From Candidatus Magasanikiibacteriota bacterium (GTDB taxonomy: Bacteria; Patescibacteriota; Patescibacteriia; Magasanikbacterales; GWA2-37-8): 64,000 nt of DNA. Positions 35,341 to 45,953 of the stretch are shown here, in pieces. Where the stretch lies: NCBI GenBank assembly GCA_017991415.1, contig JAGOQR010000003.1:108279-172278 (forward strand). The letters are read 5' to 3'. Position 1 is the stretch's first letter. Every line of letters begins with the position of its first letter. The notes under the pieces were generated by a model. That model ran no database searches and was not told the DNA's origin. It saw only the letters and a program-made list of their open reading frames with translations. The position numbers were made by a program, and so were the translations under genes.

Positions 35341-38300
35341 TTGAAGCCCGAAAAAATTCAAGCTTGTTTATTGGCAAGACAGCTTATGGATGAGTCCAAA
35401 AGGAAGCAAAAAAAAGCCTTACCGCAAGCTGGAGGGCGAAAAAAACTTCCCATTTTTTTAATATTTGGGTTAATTTTGTTTTTTGCATTTGCAAGCTTTT
35501 TTTCAAAAAAAGTTTTTGCTGCTAATTCCCCTGCAATTATTACTTATCAAGGAAAGCTTTTAACTAATAATAGTTTAGCAACGACTACACAAAGCATGTA
35601 TTTTGTTTTATACGATGCCGCTAGTGCTGGAAGCGTTTTGTATACGGCAAGTGGCACAACCGGTGTTCCTTTGTCAATTAGCGTCACTCCTTCTCAAGGT
35701 TTATTCAGTGTTAATTTAGGGGATACGGGTACAAATTCTTTGGATCAATCAATTTTTCAAAATAATAGCTCGGTTTATTTGGAAGTACGAATTGGCTCTG
35801 ATACTCTTTCTCCAAGAAAAAGAATTACCTCTGTACCGTACGCTTTCAATGCAAGGTATTTAGATGGCGTGGCAGTCAGTGCTGTTTCTAGCTCTACTTA
35901 TATACCAAGATCAGATAGTAATGGTAATTTTACTTTTAACAGTACAACAATTAGTACTTCTACTATTACAGCTCTTAGTGTGCTAGGTACAACTTCTTTG
36001 TCTGTAATTAGTTCAGGAACATGGAATGGTTCAGTTATTTCTCCTATATATGGAGGCATTGGCCAAAATTCTTCTGGTTGGTCTGGACTTATACGAGTAA
36101 CTGCTGGAGTTTGGGCAACGAGCAGTGTCAGTTTGGCAACGGATGTTTCCGGTATTCTTTCTATTGCTCGTGGTGGCACAAATTCCTCAACACTCGCTGC
36201 TAATGGCTCTGTTATATATTCTGATGGTGCTGGATACAATGCTACTGCGGTTGGAGTTTCTGGCCAGGTTTTGCAGTCTACTGGTAGTGGTGCTCCAGTT
36301 TGGGTGGCAACAAGTTCTTTAGGGATAAGTGGTAATAGTTATTCCAGCTGGACACTTGCAACTTCAACGGATGACATTGGGTATTCCGTTACTTCTGGAG
36401 TAAAAGTAGTGTTTTCTGGGATCGATGGTATTACCACTACAAGATCTGGAGCTACTCTTAGCGTGGGTCTTACAAGTAGTGGTGTAAATGCTGGAACGTA
36501 TGGTTCTGCAAGCACAATACCTGTTTTAACAATTGATGCTTTTGGTCGAGTTATTGGCAATGCAAGTACTACAATTGCTATTGCTGGAAGTCAAATTACC
36601 TCAGGTACGGTTTCTTCTACTTTTGGTGGTACAGGACAAGATTCTTCTGCTTGGACAGGTTTAATAAGAGTTACGAGCGGTATTTGGTCAACTTCAACAG
36701 TTCTTTTAGCATCAGATGTAACTGGTGTTCTTTCTATTGCCAACGGTGGTACAAACTCCTCAACCTTAGCTGCCAATGGCTCTTTAATTTATTCTGATGG
36801 TACTAGATATAATGCGGTAGCTGTAGGAAATTCTGGTTATGTTCTTCAATCAACAGGCAGTGGTGCTCCAGTATGGGTGGCAACAAGTTCCTTAGGAATA
36901 GGTGGAAATAGTTATGCAAGTTGGACACTTGCAACCTCAACCGATGATATTGGCTACTCAGTTACCTCTGGAGTAAAAGTAGTATTTTCTGGAATTAATG
37001 GTGTTACGACTACGAGATCTGGGGCTACCCTTAGTGTCGGTCTTACAAATAGTGGTGTAAATGCTGGAACCTACGGTTCTTCAAGCGCTGTTGCAATTCT
37101 TACAATTGATTCTTTTGGTCGTATTATTTCTAATGCTACTAGCAGTATTGCTATTGCTGGAAATCAAATTACTTCGGGGGTTGTATCTCCTACGTTTGGT
37201 GGTATAGGGCAAGATTCTTCTGCATGGACCGGTCTTATTCGTGTTACCGCCGGTACTTGGTCAACCACTACAGTATCTCTCACTACCGATGTAAATGGGG
37301 TTTTATCGATTGCCAACGGCGGTACAAACTCCTCAACCTTAGCTGCCAACGGCTCTTTGATTTATTCTGATGGTACTAGATATAATGCGGTAGCTGTAGG
37401 AAATTCTGGTTATGTTCTTCAGTCTACTGGTAGTGGTGCTCCAGTTTGGGTGGCAACAAGTTCGCTTGGGTTTGTAAATTTACAAGGTTCCTCACCCGGA
37501 ACTCAGCAAATAGGTAGTTTTAACCTTTCTGGTACGGGTATTATAGGAACTTCTTTTGGTGTGGGTACTTCAACGGTATCTTCAACTTTAGTTGTTCAGG
37601 CGCTCACAGGTGTAAATCCATTAAGAGTGGTTTCTTCAAGTGGCTCCAACTTATTTGTTATTAGAGCAAATGGCACTGCAGGTATAAATGTTGATTCTCC
37701 ACAAGCAAAATTTGATGTTCGAGATCTGACACCTACGTCTACTGGTGCAATTTTTCAAATTGCTAATGCTCCAGGAACAATACCATATATGCTTGTTTCT
37801 TCTACTGCTACCTCAATTAGAGGTGCTTCAGGAACGGTTAATTTTGAGTTAGGTGTTACGACCGATAACCTAAATCAGGTTCTTATTCATGGCGATAATG
37901 CTTCGCTCTCAAGCGATGCTACAAAAGCTTTGGTGGTAAATGGTAGAGGAAATTTATATTTCCAATCTGGAAATGCGAATAGAATGCTAATCAAATCATC
38001 TGGTCTTATAGGTATAAATACAACTACTCAACAAGCACTCCTTACTGTTCAAGGTAGAATAAATGAAGATCCGTTTGTTATTGCATCTTCCAGTGGTCCT
38101 AATTTATTTAGAGTTCGGTCAAATGGTAATGTTGGTATTGGCACAAGTAGTCCCACACAAAAATTATCAGTTGTGGGTAATATTTCAAATATTACAGAAC
38201 AAAATACAAGTATAAGTGAAATTGTAACAACCTCTGTAGGTTCAGTGCCTCAAGATATTTTTGTATCTGGTAAGTATGCGTATGTAGCAAATTATGCTGA

Positions 38301-41300
38301 TGATACCTTGTCTGTTGTTGATGTATCTAATCCGTTAAATCCTCAGTTAATCTCTAATGCAACGCTCAATTCTGGTGCCAACCCTCATTCTGTATTTGTA
38401 TCTGGTAGGTATGCGTATACGGCAAATCAAAGTCAAGATACTTTATCTATTATTGATATTTCTAATCCAGCGGCTCCTGTTCAGGTGTCAACTGTTGTAG
38501 CTGGGTCTGGTCCTATTTCAGCTGTAGTATCCGGCAAGTATGCATATATAGGGAGCCTTGGAAATGCAATCTATGTAATAGATATTTCGGATCCTTTGTC
38601 AGCAACTAGGGTGGCTACTTCTTCTGTAGAGACGGGTGCGGGTCCTCGTTCTTTATATGTTTCAGGAAGGTATTTGTATGCAGGGAATTATTTAAATTCC
38701 ACAATCGGCATAACGGACATTTCTAATCCGTTAAATCCGGTTCTAGTCGGGACTACAACTGTTGGAAGTAATCCATCATCAATTTATGTTTCTGGTCGCT
38801 ATGCCTATTTGGCCAACTCAGGATCAGGGAGTGTTTCAGTTGTAGATGTTTCTAATGCAGCCGCTCCAAATACAGTTGCAACCATTTCTGTCACTGGTGC
38901 CTATGCTCTTCATGGGTCTGGAAGATACTTATATGTTACAAATTATTCTGACAGTCAAGTGGTTGTGGTTGATATTATTAACCCCTTATCTCCTGTTATT
39001 GTAAATACAGTGTCGCTTTCAGGCGTCAATCCAGCATCGATTTTTGTTTCTGGCCGGTATGCATATACGGTAAATGAGAGTAGTGCAAATATTTCTATTA
39101 TCGATATTTCTGGCACAGAAGTCACTAGTCTCATTGCTCACTCTGCAGAAGTAGGCAATATCCAATCAAGAAATGATATTTTTGCCCAAGGAAATATTAT
39201 GGCAGGAACGTCATTATCAGTAGGAGCTGGAGGCATTATGTCACAAGGAGCACTTTCTGTTTTTGCTTCTTCAACTGGTTCGACATCTACTATATTTAAT
39301 ATTAGCTCTGCGCAAGTTAAAGATATTTTTAGAGTATTTGCTAACGGTACGGTGTTATTTGCTGGTAGCGCCTCTTCTTCTATATTTAATGTTGATGGGA
39401 GGTTAGGAATAAATTCAACATCTCCAGTTGCTACGCTTGGAATAAAAGGTGCAGCAGGGGTTAATTTATTAGAAATTACTTCTTCCACTGGTGCGTCACT
39501 CGTTTCTATTCTTACAAACGGAAATGTTGGTATTGGTACAAGTTCACCTTCTCAAAAGTTATCAGTAGAAGGTAATATAGCCAATCTGATTGGGTCAAAC
39601 ACTGCTTTATCTATGGTTTCTTCAAGTATAGTAGGTACCAATCCTGTCTCTGTCTTTGTGTCTGGCCGCTATGCATATACGGCAAACTCTGGGTCAGATA
39701 ATATCTCTATTATTGATGTTTCCAATCCTTCAGCTCCAGTTCAAATTTCTACAACGAGTGTTGGCGGGGCATTTTCCTACCCAATTTCAATTTCTGTTTC
39801 AGGTCAGTATGCATATACGGCAAATTATAGTTTAAATACTATCTCTGTTGTTGATATTTCTAATCCTTTTAGGCCAGTCCAAGTAGCTACTGCTAGTGTG
39901 GGCGGCAACCCTTCGTCTATCTATATATCAGGTCGGTATGCCTATGTAAGTAATTATGCTTCTAATACAGTATCGATTGTTGATATTTCTAATCCTCGTA
40001 GTCCAACTCAAATTTCTACAGTTACAGTAGGGACAAATCCGTACTCTGTTTTTGTTTCTGGTCGCTATGCCTATGCAGCTAATTTTACCTCAAACAACAT
40101 TTCTGTAGTTGATATTTCTAACCCCTCCGCTCCAGTCCAAGTCGGCACTACAGTTGTAGGTGGTGGTCCATATTCTGTGTATGTTTCTGGTCGCTATGCC
40201 TATACAGCTAACACCAATTCAAATACTATTTCTGTAGTTGATATTTCTAACCCCTCCGCTCCAGTCCAAGTTGCTACCACATCGGTTGGGGTTCAGCCTT
40301 ATTCGGTGTTTGTATCTGGTCGATATTTATATGCAGCAAATAGAATTTCTGAAACTATTTCTGTAGTTGATATTTCTAACCCCTCCGCTCCAGTCCAAGT
40401 TGCTACCACATCGGTTGGGGTAAGTTCTGCGCCAAATGCACTGTATATTTCTGGTCGCTATGCCTATACGGCTAATTATGGAACAGATAGAATTGCTATT
40501 TTTGATATCTCTGGTACGGAAGTTTCAAGTCTTATGGCTCACTCTGCAGAAGTAGGCAATATCCAATCAAGAAATGATATTTTTGCCCAAGGAAATATTA
40601 TGGCAGGAACATCGCTGCTAGTAGGTAGTGGTGGAATAATGTCCCAAGGAGCGTTGTCAATTTTTGCTTCGTCAACTGGTGCTACTTCTTCTATATTTAA
40701 TATAGCTTCTTCTGCCTCCTCGAGCATATTAAAAGTATTTGCTAACGGTCGTATTGGTATTAATTCTTCTTCGCCATATGCCAACCTTTCTGTAAACGGT
40801 GATCTGGCAGTAACAGGAGGTATCTATGATAGTGCTGGTAGTCGTGGTATTAATGGGCAGGTTTTGCAGACAAACGGTACAGTTATAACATGGGTTTCTA
40901 CATCTTCTTTAGGATTGGGTGGTAATAGCGTTGGTAGTGGTACTACGGGTCAGTTTGGGTATTATTCAGCTACAGGTACTACCTTAACAGCAACTTCGAG
41001 CTTATTTTTAGCTGAATCTGGCAATATTGGTATTAATACCACCACCCCATTAGCCAGGTTGAGTGTGGTTGGTTTTGGTGCAGGATCGGTATTTGATGTG
41101 GCTTCCTCTACAGGCGCAAGCTTTTTCCGTATTTTGGCTAATGGCAATATAGGGATTAATTCTTCAAGTCCTGTTGCTAGTTTAGGAATTAGAACTGCTA
41201 CAGGCACCAATCCTTTCTTAATAACATCGTCAACAACTGGTGCAACTCTCGTATCCGTTTTAACAAATGGTAACGTTGGTATTGGAACAAGTACTCCAGC

Positions 41301-44300
41301 TCAAAAATTATCTGTAGTTGGAAATATTTCAAATGTAATAGATACAGACTCTCCAATATCGGTGGTTTCAACCACAGGTGTTTTTGGAACATCACCGTAT
41401 GATATTGCGGTTTCAGGTCGGTTCGCATATGTCGCATATAGTGGTGGTAGTATGGTTATTCTGGATATAATAAATCCATCTGCTCCAGTATCTCTCTCTA
41501 CTTCTACATTTACTGGAAGTGCAAGAGGAATATATGTTGCTGGTCAATATGCGTATGTTAGCAATGCATCTTCTAATACGTTACACATATATAATGTAGC
41601 AAATCCATCAGCTCCAGTTTTTATTGCCACTACTTCTGTTGGCACTGGTCCAGAGGCTGTGTATGTGTCCGGGCGATACGCCTATGTAGCAAATTTGAGT
41701 GCAGGCTCAATGTCTATTGTTGATGTTGCTAATCCGTATTCTCCAAGACAAATTTCTTCAGTTTCTAGTGCTGGAGGTAGGGGGGTGGTTGTAAATGGTA
41801 AGTATGCGTACTCTGGAAGTTTAGGTTCACAAACAGTGAATGTTATAGATGTATCAAACCCATCAAGTCCGGTTGTGGTGGGTACAGTAAATATTGGGGT
41901 TTCGCCATACGATATTGCTTTTTCTGATGGGTATATTTATACAACTAATTACGTATCAGCTTCAATGTCGGTAGTAAATGTTAAGAACCCAACTTCTCCA
42001 ACGCTTGTCACTTCTACACCTATCTCAAATAATTCACAATCAATTGCAGTCTCGGGTCGGTATGCGTATTTTGCTGGAGCAGGTAAATTTACTGCGGTAG
42101 ATATTTCTGACCCATCACGTCCATTGGTGATCAAAGGAATTGTAACTGCAGGAAATCCTGTTTCAGTTGCTGTCTCTGGTCGGTATGCCTATGTTGCAAA
42201 TTATAGTAACAATACTGTCTCTATTGTAGATATCTCCGGTACCGAAGTTTCGTCTCTTATCGCTCACTCTGCCGAAGTAGGAAACCTGCAATCAAGAAAT
42301 GATATTTTTGCACAGGGAAATATTATCGCTGGAACAGGGCTTATGGTGGGGGCGGGCGGAATAATGTCGCAAGGAACTTTGTCTGTTTTTGCTTCTTCAA
42401 CAGGAGTTACCTCTTCAATTTTCAATATTTCGTCAGTTCAAAATACAAATATTTTTAAAGCATTTGCAAACGGTACGATTTCAATTGGTACCAGTACTGC
42501 TTCGTCAACACTAACTATACAAGGTGTGGCTGGTTCAAATCCAATATTTACCGTAGCTTCCTCAACAGGAGAGAGCCTTTTAAAGATTTTAGCCAATGGT
42601 AATGTTGGTATTGGTACAAGTACGCCAGCGCAAAAACTTTCTGTAGTAGGAGGTGTGCAGAATATTCTTGATCCAAGCACTACTATATCTGAAATTGCTA
42701 CTACTTCTGTTGGAAGAACCCCTCGTTCCGTATATGTTCTGGGTCGGTATGCCTATGTTACCAACGAAACATCAAGTACTATTTCTGTTGTCGATATTTC
42801 AAACCCTTCTGTACCGGTACAAATTTCGACCACTTCTGTTGATGCTGGTCCGCACGGGATTTATGTTTCTGGTCGGTATGCATATGTAGCTGGTGCTTCA
42901 AATAATTCGGTTGCTATAGTAGATATTTCTAATTCAAAATCACCAATTCAAGTTGGTTCGGTTTCTGTACCAAGCGTGATTAGAGATATTCAGGTGGTAG
43001 GTAAATATGCATATTTAAATTACGATAGCGGAGGTATTATCGTTTTGGATGTTTCAAATCCTCGAGCACCAGCCTTAGTAGTCAGTACAAGTTTTTCAGG
43101 AACAAACCCAAATGCAATTGCTGTTTCCGGTCGGTATGCATACTTGGCTGAAGATGCGGCAAGAATTTTGGTTGTAGATATTTCTAATCCTGCTGCGCCA
43201 ATCCTTGTAGGATCTACTACAGTAGGTCTTTCTCCTCAGGCAATTGCTGTCTCTGGTCGCTATGCCTACATTGCAAATGCTGGTGAAAACACCATGTCAG
43301 TTGTGGATATTTCTAATCCATTAGCGCCTGTGCAAGTGGCTACAACTACGGTAGGCAGCACGCCTTTATCTATTGCTGTCTCTGGTCGGTACGCCTATGT
43401 TGCGAACGCATTATCGAGTACAATTTCAGTAATTGATATTATTAATCCGTTGGCACCACGTCAGTTAGCCTTAGTTTCAGTAGGAACTAATATTCTTCCT
43501 GCAGATATATTTATCTCTGGTCGCTATGCTTATACCGCTAATATTGCTTCGGGAACATTATCTGGCACGATGTCTGTTATTGATCTATCTGGTACTGAAG
43601 TTTCTTCTCTTATTGCCCACTCTGCGGAAGTAGGTAGTATCCAATCAAGAAACGATATTTTTGCACAAGGAAATATTATGGCTGGCACATCTTTGATCGT
43701 AGGTAGTGGTGGTTTAATGTCTCAAGGGGCACTCTCTATTTTTGCTTCTTCTACAGGTGCTACTTCTTCTATATTTAATATTGCTTCCGCTGCATCTTCT
43801 AGTATCTTTAGAGTATTAGCCGACGGGCGCATTGGAATAAATTCTTCCACGCCTAACTATGGCTTGGTTGTCAATAATACCGTAGCGCTTCCAGGAATTG
43901 GTGCGCCAGCAGCAACAGGAGATATAGTCTGTTATGCAACAGGAGATGGAAAGATAACACACCAGGCGACAAACTGTACGGTATCATCTGCTCGTTTCAA
44001 AGAAAATATTCAGAGCTTGTCACCAGAAGATTTGCTCGACAAAGTAAATCGGCTTAGAGCAGTAAGTTTTGATTTTAAACCTGGGCAAATTCCAGATCAT
44101 GGTTTAAATGGTGGTGGAAAAGAAAGTAGTGGTTTTATCGCCGAAGAAGTTGCCCAAATAGATCCAATGCTTGTAATTTATACCGATACGTATTCCTCAG
44201 AAGATTTATTATTTGATCAGATTAATTACCCAGGTGCAATTTTATATAAAGATGGAAAAACTCTTATTCCACAAACTGTTGATTACGCACGAATTTCTGT

Positions 44301-45852
44301 TTTACTTACGGGCGCAATTCAAGACATCGATTCTCGGTTGACTACCTACGCATCTTCTACAGCGTTAATTGTTTCTGCTTTAAGTATTAGTAGTGATAAT
44401 AACACTATTACATTTGGTTCATCTTCAAATCCATATAATCTTATCGTTACTGGCAATATTTCTTTAAATAATTCTAATGTAATCAATACATTATCTTTTG
44501 CAACAACCACTTTGTTTGAATCAAGTGTCGGCAGTTTTGCTGGAGCAAGGGCCTTTACCTTTAATGCTATAAATTTCAATGGTCCATTGGCAGATAATTA
44601 TATAATATCTTTGCGAGCAAATAATAACTCGGTATTCTCGGTGGCAGCTAATGGCGATGTGCATGCATCTGGAAATTATTATGGAGCAAGTGCAGTCTTG
44701 GGCACTTCTACAAACCCAGGTGATTTAGCAGAGCGTGTAGATATTGCTATAGATGATGTGGTAGAAGCGGGAGATGTTGTAGTAGTTGATCAAAATTCAC
44801 CTGATACGTATCGTCGTAGTACAGTGGCTTATGAACAGTCTGTTGCTGGTGTTATTTCGACTAACCCAACAATTGTGGTTGGTAATGGGCGCACGGATTA
44901 TACTGCGGTAATGGCAATGGTGGGCAGAGTACCAGTAAAAGTTTCGGCTGAAAATGGAAGCATCGCTCGAGGTGATTTGCTTGTAGCAGGGTCTCAACCT
45001 GGCTATGCTATGAAGTATGATGCTACTCGAGATGATAACAATAAGATGGTAGGAGTAATTGGTATCGCTTTAGAATCACTACCGACTTCGAGTGGTAAGA
45101 TTTTGGCTTTAATCCGCACGGGTTGGGTCTATAATAGAGATAAGGATATCTCGAGTCTTCAAAATAACATTGAACAATTAGCTGTTGCTCAAGGCATTAA
45201 TCTTGACCCGTCAGAAGAACCAGGCAACCTTAGTATTCAAAACAATAACAATCAGCTGGTATATGCAGGTGGTAATTTAGATCTTCAAAATAATTCCATA
45301 ATTAATATTGCTGGCATCTTTGGTAAAAATAATAAATGGAAAATTGATGAGTTTGGTAATCTGATCCAAAAGATTACGACCGTTGCTGGCGATAAAGAAA
45401 TTTATGGTCTACAGAGTAGTGGCAAACAAGAGCTAGTAATTTCTGGTACAAGCACATTGGAAAATGGTTCTAGACGAGTTGTCTTAACTGATTTAGATCA
45501 AGCAATTATCGACAAGACTGTACCGCTCAAGATTTCCATAACCATGTCTGGTGAAACTAAAGGATTCTATGTTTCTGAAAGAAGTTACGATAGTTTTGTA
45601 GTGAAAGAAAATGAAAACGGACAAAGTAATGCTCCGTTTGACTGGATAGTAATTGCCAAAGTTTTAGATCCAGAAAATATAGGTCAAAGCAGTCCTGTCG
45701 TAGAAGGGGAACAGCCGCCAGAAATAAATTCTTCCACTCCTGAATCTTCTCCTCAAGGAGAAGAACCTACAATTATTATTCCTGCAGAAGAGGTCTCTTC
45801 TTCTACCGAAAATGTTTCAAGTTCCGTAGATGTCTCAAGTTCCACGCCATAA
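35341..45852 (+). CDS. Giant (about 3500 aa) membrane-anchored fibre/adhesin-like protein. It has an N-terminal signal/anchor, three tandem repeats of about 190 aa resembling tail-fibre repeats, four super-repeats each forming a 7-blade LVIVD-type propeller plus a conserved AHSAEVGN(I/L)QSRNDIFAQGNI linker, an internal peptidase-S74-like autoproteolytic intramolecular-chaperone domain, and a C-terminal domain of about 480 aa with an acidic Ser-rich tail.
   Basis: Uninterrupted 10.5-kb ORF. 28 repeats of SGRYAYxxN....(I/L)S(V/I)(V/I)D(I/V)SNP counted directly. The linker occurs four times. S74-like motif SSARFKENIQSL...LRAVSFDFK...GFIAEEVAQIDPMLV...AIQDIDSRL. The start may be the ATG at 35386, because the TTG at 35341 sits 1 nt after the SD. 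Confidence 0.75.
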   Translation: MKPEKIQACLLARQLMDESKRKQKKALPQAGGRKKLPIFLIFGLILFFAFASFFSKKVFAANSPAIITYQGKLLTNNSLATTTQSMYFVLYDAASAGSVLYTASGTTGVPLSISVTPSQGLFSVNLGDTGTNSLDQSIFQNNSSVYLEVRIGSDTLSPRKRITSVPYAFNARYLDGVAVSAVSSSTYIPRSDSNGNFTFNSTTISTSTITALSVLGTTSLSVISSGTWNGSVISPIYGGIGQNSSGWSGLIRVTAGVWATSSVSLATDVSGILSIARGGTNSSTLAANGSVIYSDGAGYNATAVGVSGQVLQSTGSGAPVWVATSSLGISGNSYSSWTLATSTDDIGYSVTSGVKVVFSGIDGITTTRSGATLSVGLTSSGVNAGTYGSASTIPVLTIDAFGRVIGNASTTIAIAGSQITSGTVSSTFGGTGQDSSAWTGLIRVTSGIWSTSTVLLASDVTGVLSIANGGTNSSTLAANGSLIYSDGTRYNAVAVGNSGYVLQSTGSGAPVWVATSSLGIGGNSYASWTLATSTDDIGYSVTSGVKVVFSGINGVTTTRSGATLSVGLTNSGVNAGTYGSSSAVAILTIDSFGRIISNATSSIAIAGNQITSGVVSPTFGGIGQDSSAWTGLIRVTAGTWSTTTVSLTTDVNGVLSIANGGTNSSTLAANGSLIYSDGTRYNAVAVGNSGYVLQSTGSGAPVWVATSSLGFVNLQGSSPGTQQIGSFNLSGTGIIGTSFGVGTSTVSSTLVVQALTGVNPLRVVSSSGSNLFVIRANGTAGINVDSPQAKFDVRDLTPTSTGAIFQIANAPGTIPYMLVSSTATSIRGASGTVNFELGVTTDNLNQVLIHGDNASLSSDATKALVVNGRGNLYFQSGNANRMLIKSSGLIGINTTTQQALLTVQGRINEDPFVIASSSGPNLFRVRSNGNVGIGTSSPTQKLSVVGNISNITEQNTSISEIVTTSVGSVPQDIFVSGKYAYVANYADDTLSVVDVSNPLNPQLISNATLNSGANPHSVFVSGRYAYTANQSQDTLSIIDISNPAAPVQVSTVVAGSGPISAVVSGKYAYIGSLGNAIYVIDISDPLSATRVATSSVETGAGPRSLYVSGRYLYAGNYLNSTIGITDISNPLNPVLVGTTTVGSNPSSIYVSGRYAYLANSGSGSVSVVDVSNAAAPNTVATISVTGAYALHGSGRYLYVTNYSDSQVVVVDIINPLSPVIVNTVSLSGVNPASIFVSGRYAYTVNESSANISIIDISGTEVTSLIAHSAEVGNIQSRNDIFAQGNIMAGTSLSVGAGGIMSQGALSVFASSTGSTSTIFNISSAQVKDIFRVFANGTVLFAGSASSSIFNVDGRLGINSTSPVATLGIKGAAGVNLLEITSSTGASLVSILTNGNVGIGTSSPSQKLSVEGNIANLIGSNTALSMVSSSIVGTNPVSVFVSGRYAYTANSGSDNISIIDVSNPSAPVQISTTSVGGAFSYPISISVSGQYAYTANYSLNTISVVDISNPFRPVQVATASVGGNPSSIYISGRYAYVSNYASNTVSIVDISNPRSPTQISTVTVGTNPYSVFVSGRYAYAANFTSNNISVVDISNPSAPVQVGTTVVGGGPYSVYVSGRYAYTANTNSNTISVVDISNPSAPVQVATTSVGVQPYSVFVSGRYLYAANRISETISVVDISNPSAPVQVATTSVGVSSAPNALYISGRYAYTANYGTDRIAIFDISGTEVSSLMAHSAEVGNIQSRNDIFAQGNIMAGTSLLVGSGGIMSQGALSIFASSTGATSSIFNIASSASSSILKVFANGRIGINSSSPYANLSVNGDLAVTGGIYDSAGSRGINGQVLQTNGTVITWVSTSSLGLGGNSVGSGTTGQFGYYSATGTTLTATSSLFLAESGNIGINTTTPLARLSVVGFGAGSVFDVASSTGASFFRILANGNIGINSSSPVASLGIRTATGTNPFLITSSTTGATLVSVLTNGNVGIGTSTPAQKLSVVGNISNVIDTDSPISVVSTTGVFGTSPYDIAVSGRFAYVAYSGGSMVILDIINPSAPVSLSTSTFTGSARGIYVAGQYAYVSNASSNTLHIYNVANPSAPVFIATTSVGTGPEAVYVSGRYAYVANLSAGSMSIVDVANPYSPRQISSVSSAGGRGVVVNGKYAYSGSLGSQTVNVIDVSNPSSPVVVGTVNIGVSPYDIAFSDGYIYTTNYVSASMSVVNVKNPTSPTLVTSTPISNNSQSIAVSGRYAYFAGAGKFTAVDISDPSRPLVIKGIVTAGNPVSVAVSGRYAYVANYSNNTVSIVDISGTEVSSLIAHSAEVGNLQSRNDIFAQGNIIAGTGLMVGAGGIMSQGTLSVFASSTGVTSSIFNISSVQNTNIFKAFANGTISIGTSTASSTLTIQGVAGSNPIFTVASSTGESLLKILANGNVGIGTSTPAQKLSVVGGVQNILDPSTTISEIATTSVGRTPRSVYVLGRYAYVTNETSSTISVVDISNPSVPVQISTTSVDAGPHGIYVSGRYAYVAGASNNSVAIVDISNSKSPIQVGSVSVPSVIRDIQVVGKYAYLNYDSGGIIVLDVSNPRAPALVVSTSFSGTNPNAIAVSGRYAYLAEDAARILVVDISNPAAPILVGSTTVGLSPQAIAVSGRYAYIANAGENTMSVVDISNPLAPVQVATTTVGSTPLSIAVSGRYAYVANALSSTISVIDIINPLAPRQLALVSVGTNILPADIFISGRYAYTANIASGTLSGTMSVIDLSGTEVSSLIAHSAEVGSIQSRNDIFAQGNIMAGTSLIVGSGGLMSQGALSIFASSTGATSSIFNIASAASSSIFRVLADGRIGINSSTPNYGLVVNNTVALPGIGAPAATGDIVCYATGDGKITHQATNCTVSSARFKENIQSLSPEDLLDKVNRLRAVSFDFKPGQIPDHGLNGGGKESSGFIAEEVAQIDPMLVIYTDTYSSEDLLFDQINYPGAILYKDGKTLIPQTVDYARISVLLTGAIQDIDSRLTTYASSTALIVSALSISSDNNTITFGSSSNPYNLIVTGNISLNNSNVINTLSFATTTLFESSVGSFAGARAFTFNAINFNGPLADNYIISLRANNNSVFSVAANGDVHASGNYYGASAVLGTSTNPGDLAERVDIAIDDVVEAGDVVVVDQNSPDTYRRSTVAYEQSVAGVISTNPTIVVGNGRTDYTAVMAMVGRVPVKVSAENGSIARGDLLVAGSQPGYAMKYDATRDDNNKMVGVIGIALESLPTSSGKILALIRTGWVYNRDKDISSLQNNIEQLAVAQGINLDPSEEPGNLSIQNNNNQLVYAGGNLDLQNNSIINIAGIFGKNNKWKIDEFGNLIQKITTVAGDKEIYGLQSSGKQELVISGTSTLENGSRRVVLTDLDQAIIDKTVPLKISITMSGETKGFYVSERSYDSFVVKENENGQSNAPFDWIVIAKVLDPENIGQSSPVVEGEQPPEINSSTPESSPQGEEPTIIIPAEEVSSSTENVSSSVDVSSSTP

Positions 45853-45953
45853 ATAATCTAAGGGTATTTATTGTTGATTGACGGAATTAAGGGGTGGTGG
45901 AAAAGATAAAGTCGATAAAAATTTTCGAAGTGCAAATTTGGCGCAAAGAAATA

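Noticed and set aside
40099-40402. Regularly spaced 40-bp identical repeats, checked as a possible CRISPR array
   Set aside because: Spacing is about 132 bp, the repeats lie in-frame within a continuous ORF and encode the VVDISNPSAPVQV blade motif. There are no cas genes. These are protein-coding tandem repeats.
43960-44400. Peptidase S74 / tail-fibre motifs as evidence for a prophage
   Set aside because: There are no capsid, terminase, portal, integrase or tail-tube genes nearby. The flanking genes are cellular (Wzy-like, tRNA-Ala, ychF). A cellular fibre protein that borrowed phage-fibre modules is the better interpretation.
36021-44997. Numerous 60-116-aa ORFs on both strands inside the giant gene (for example 36591-36776 and 37164-37349, which are near-identical)
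   Set aside because: They are antisense or offset frames of the repeated coding sequence. Their mutual similarity only mirrors the sense-strand repeats.
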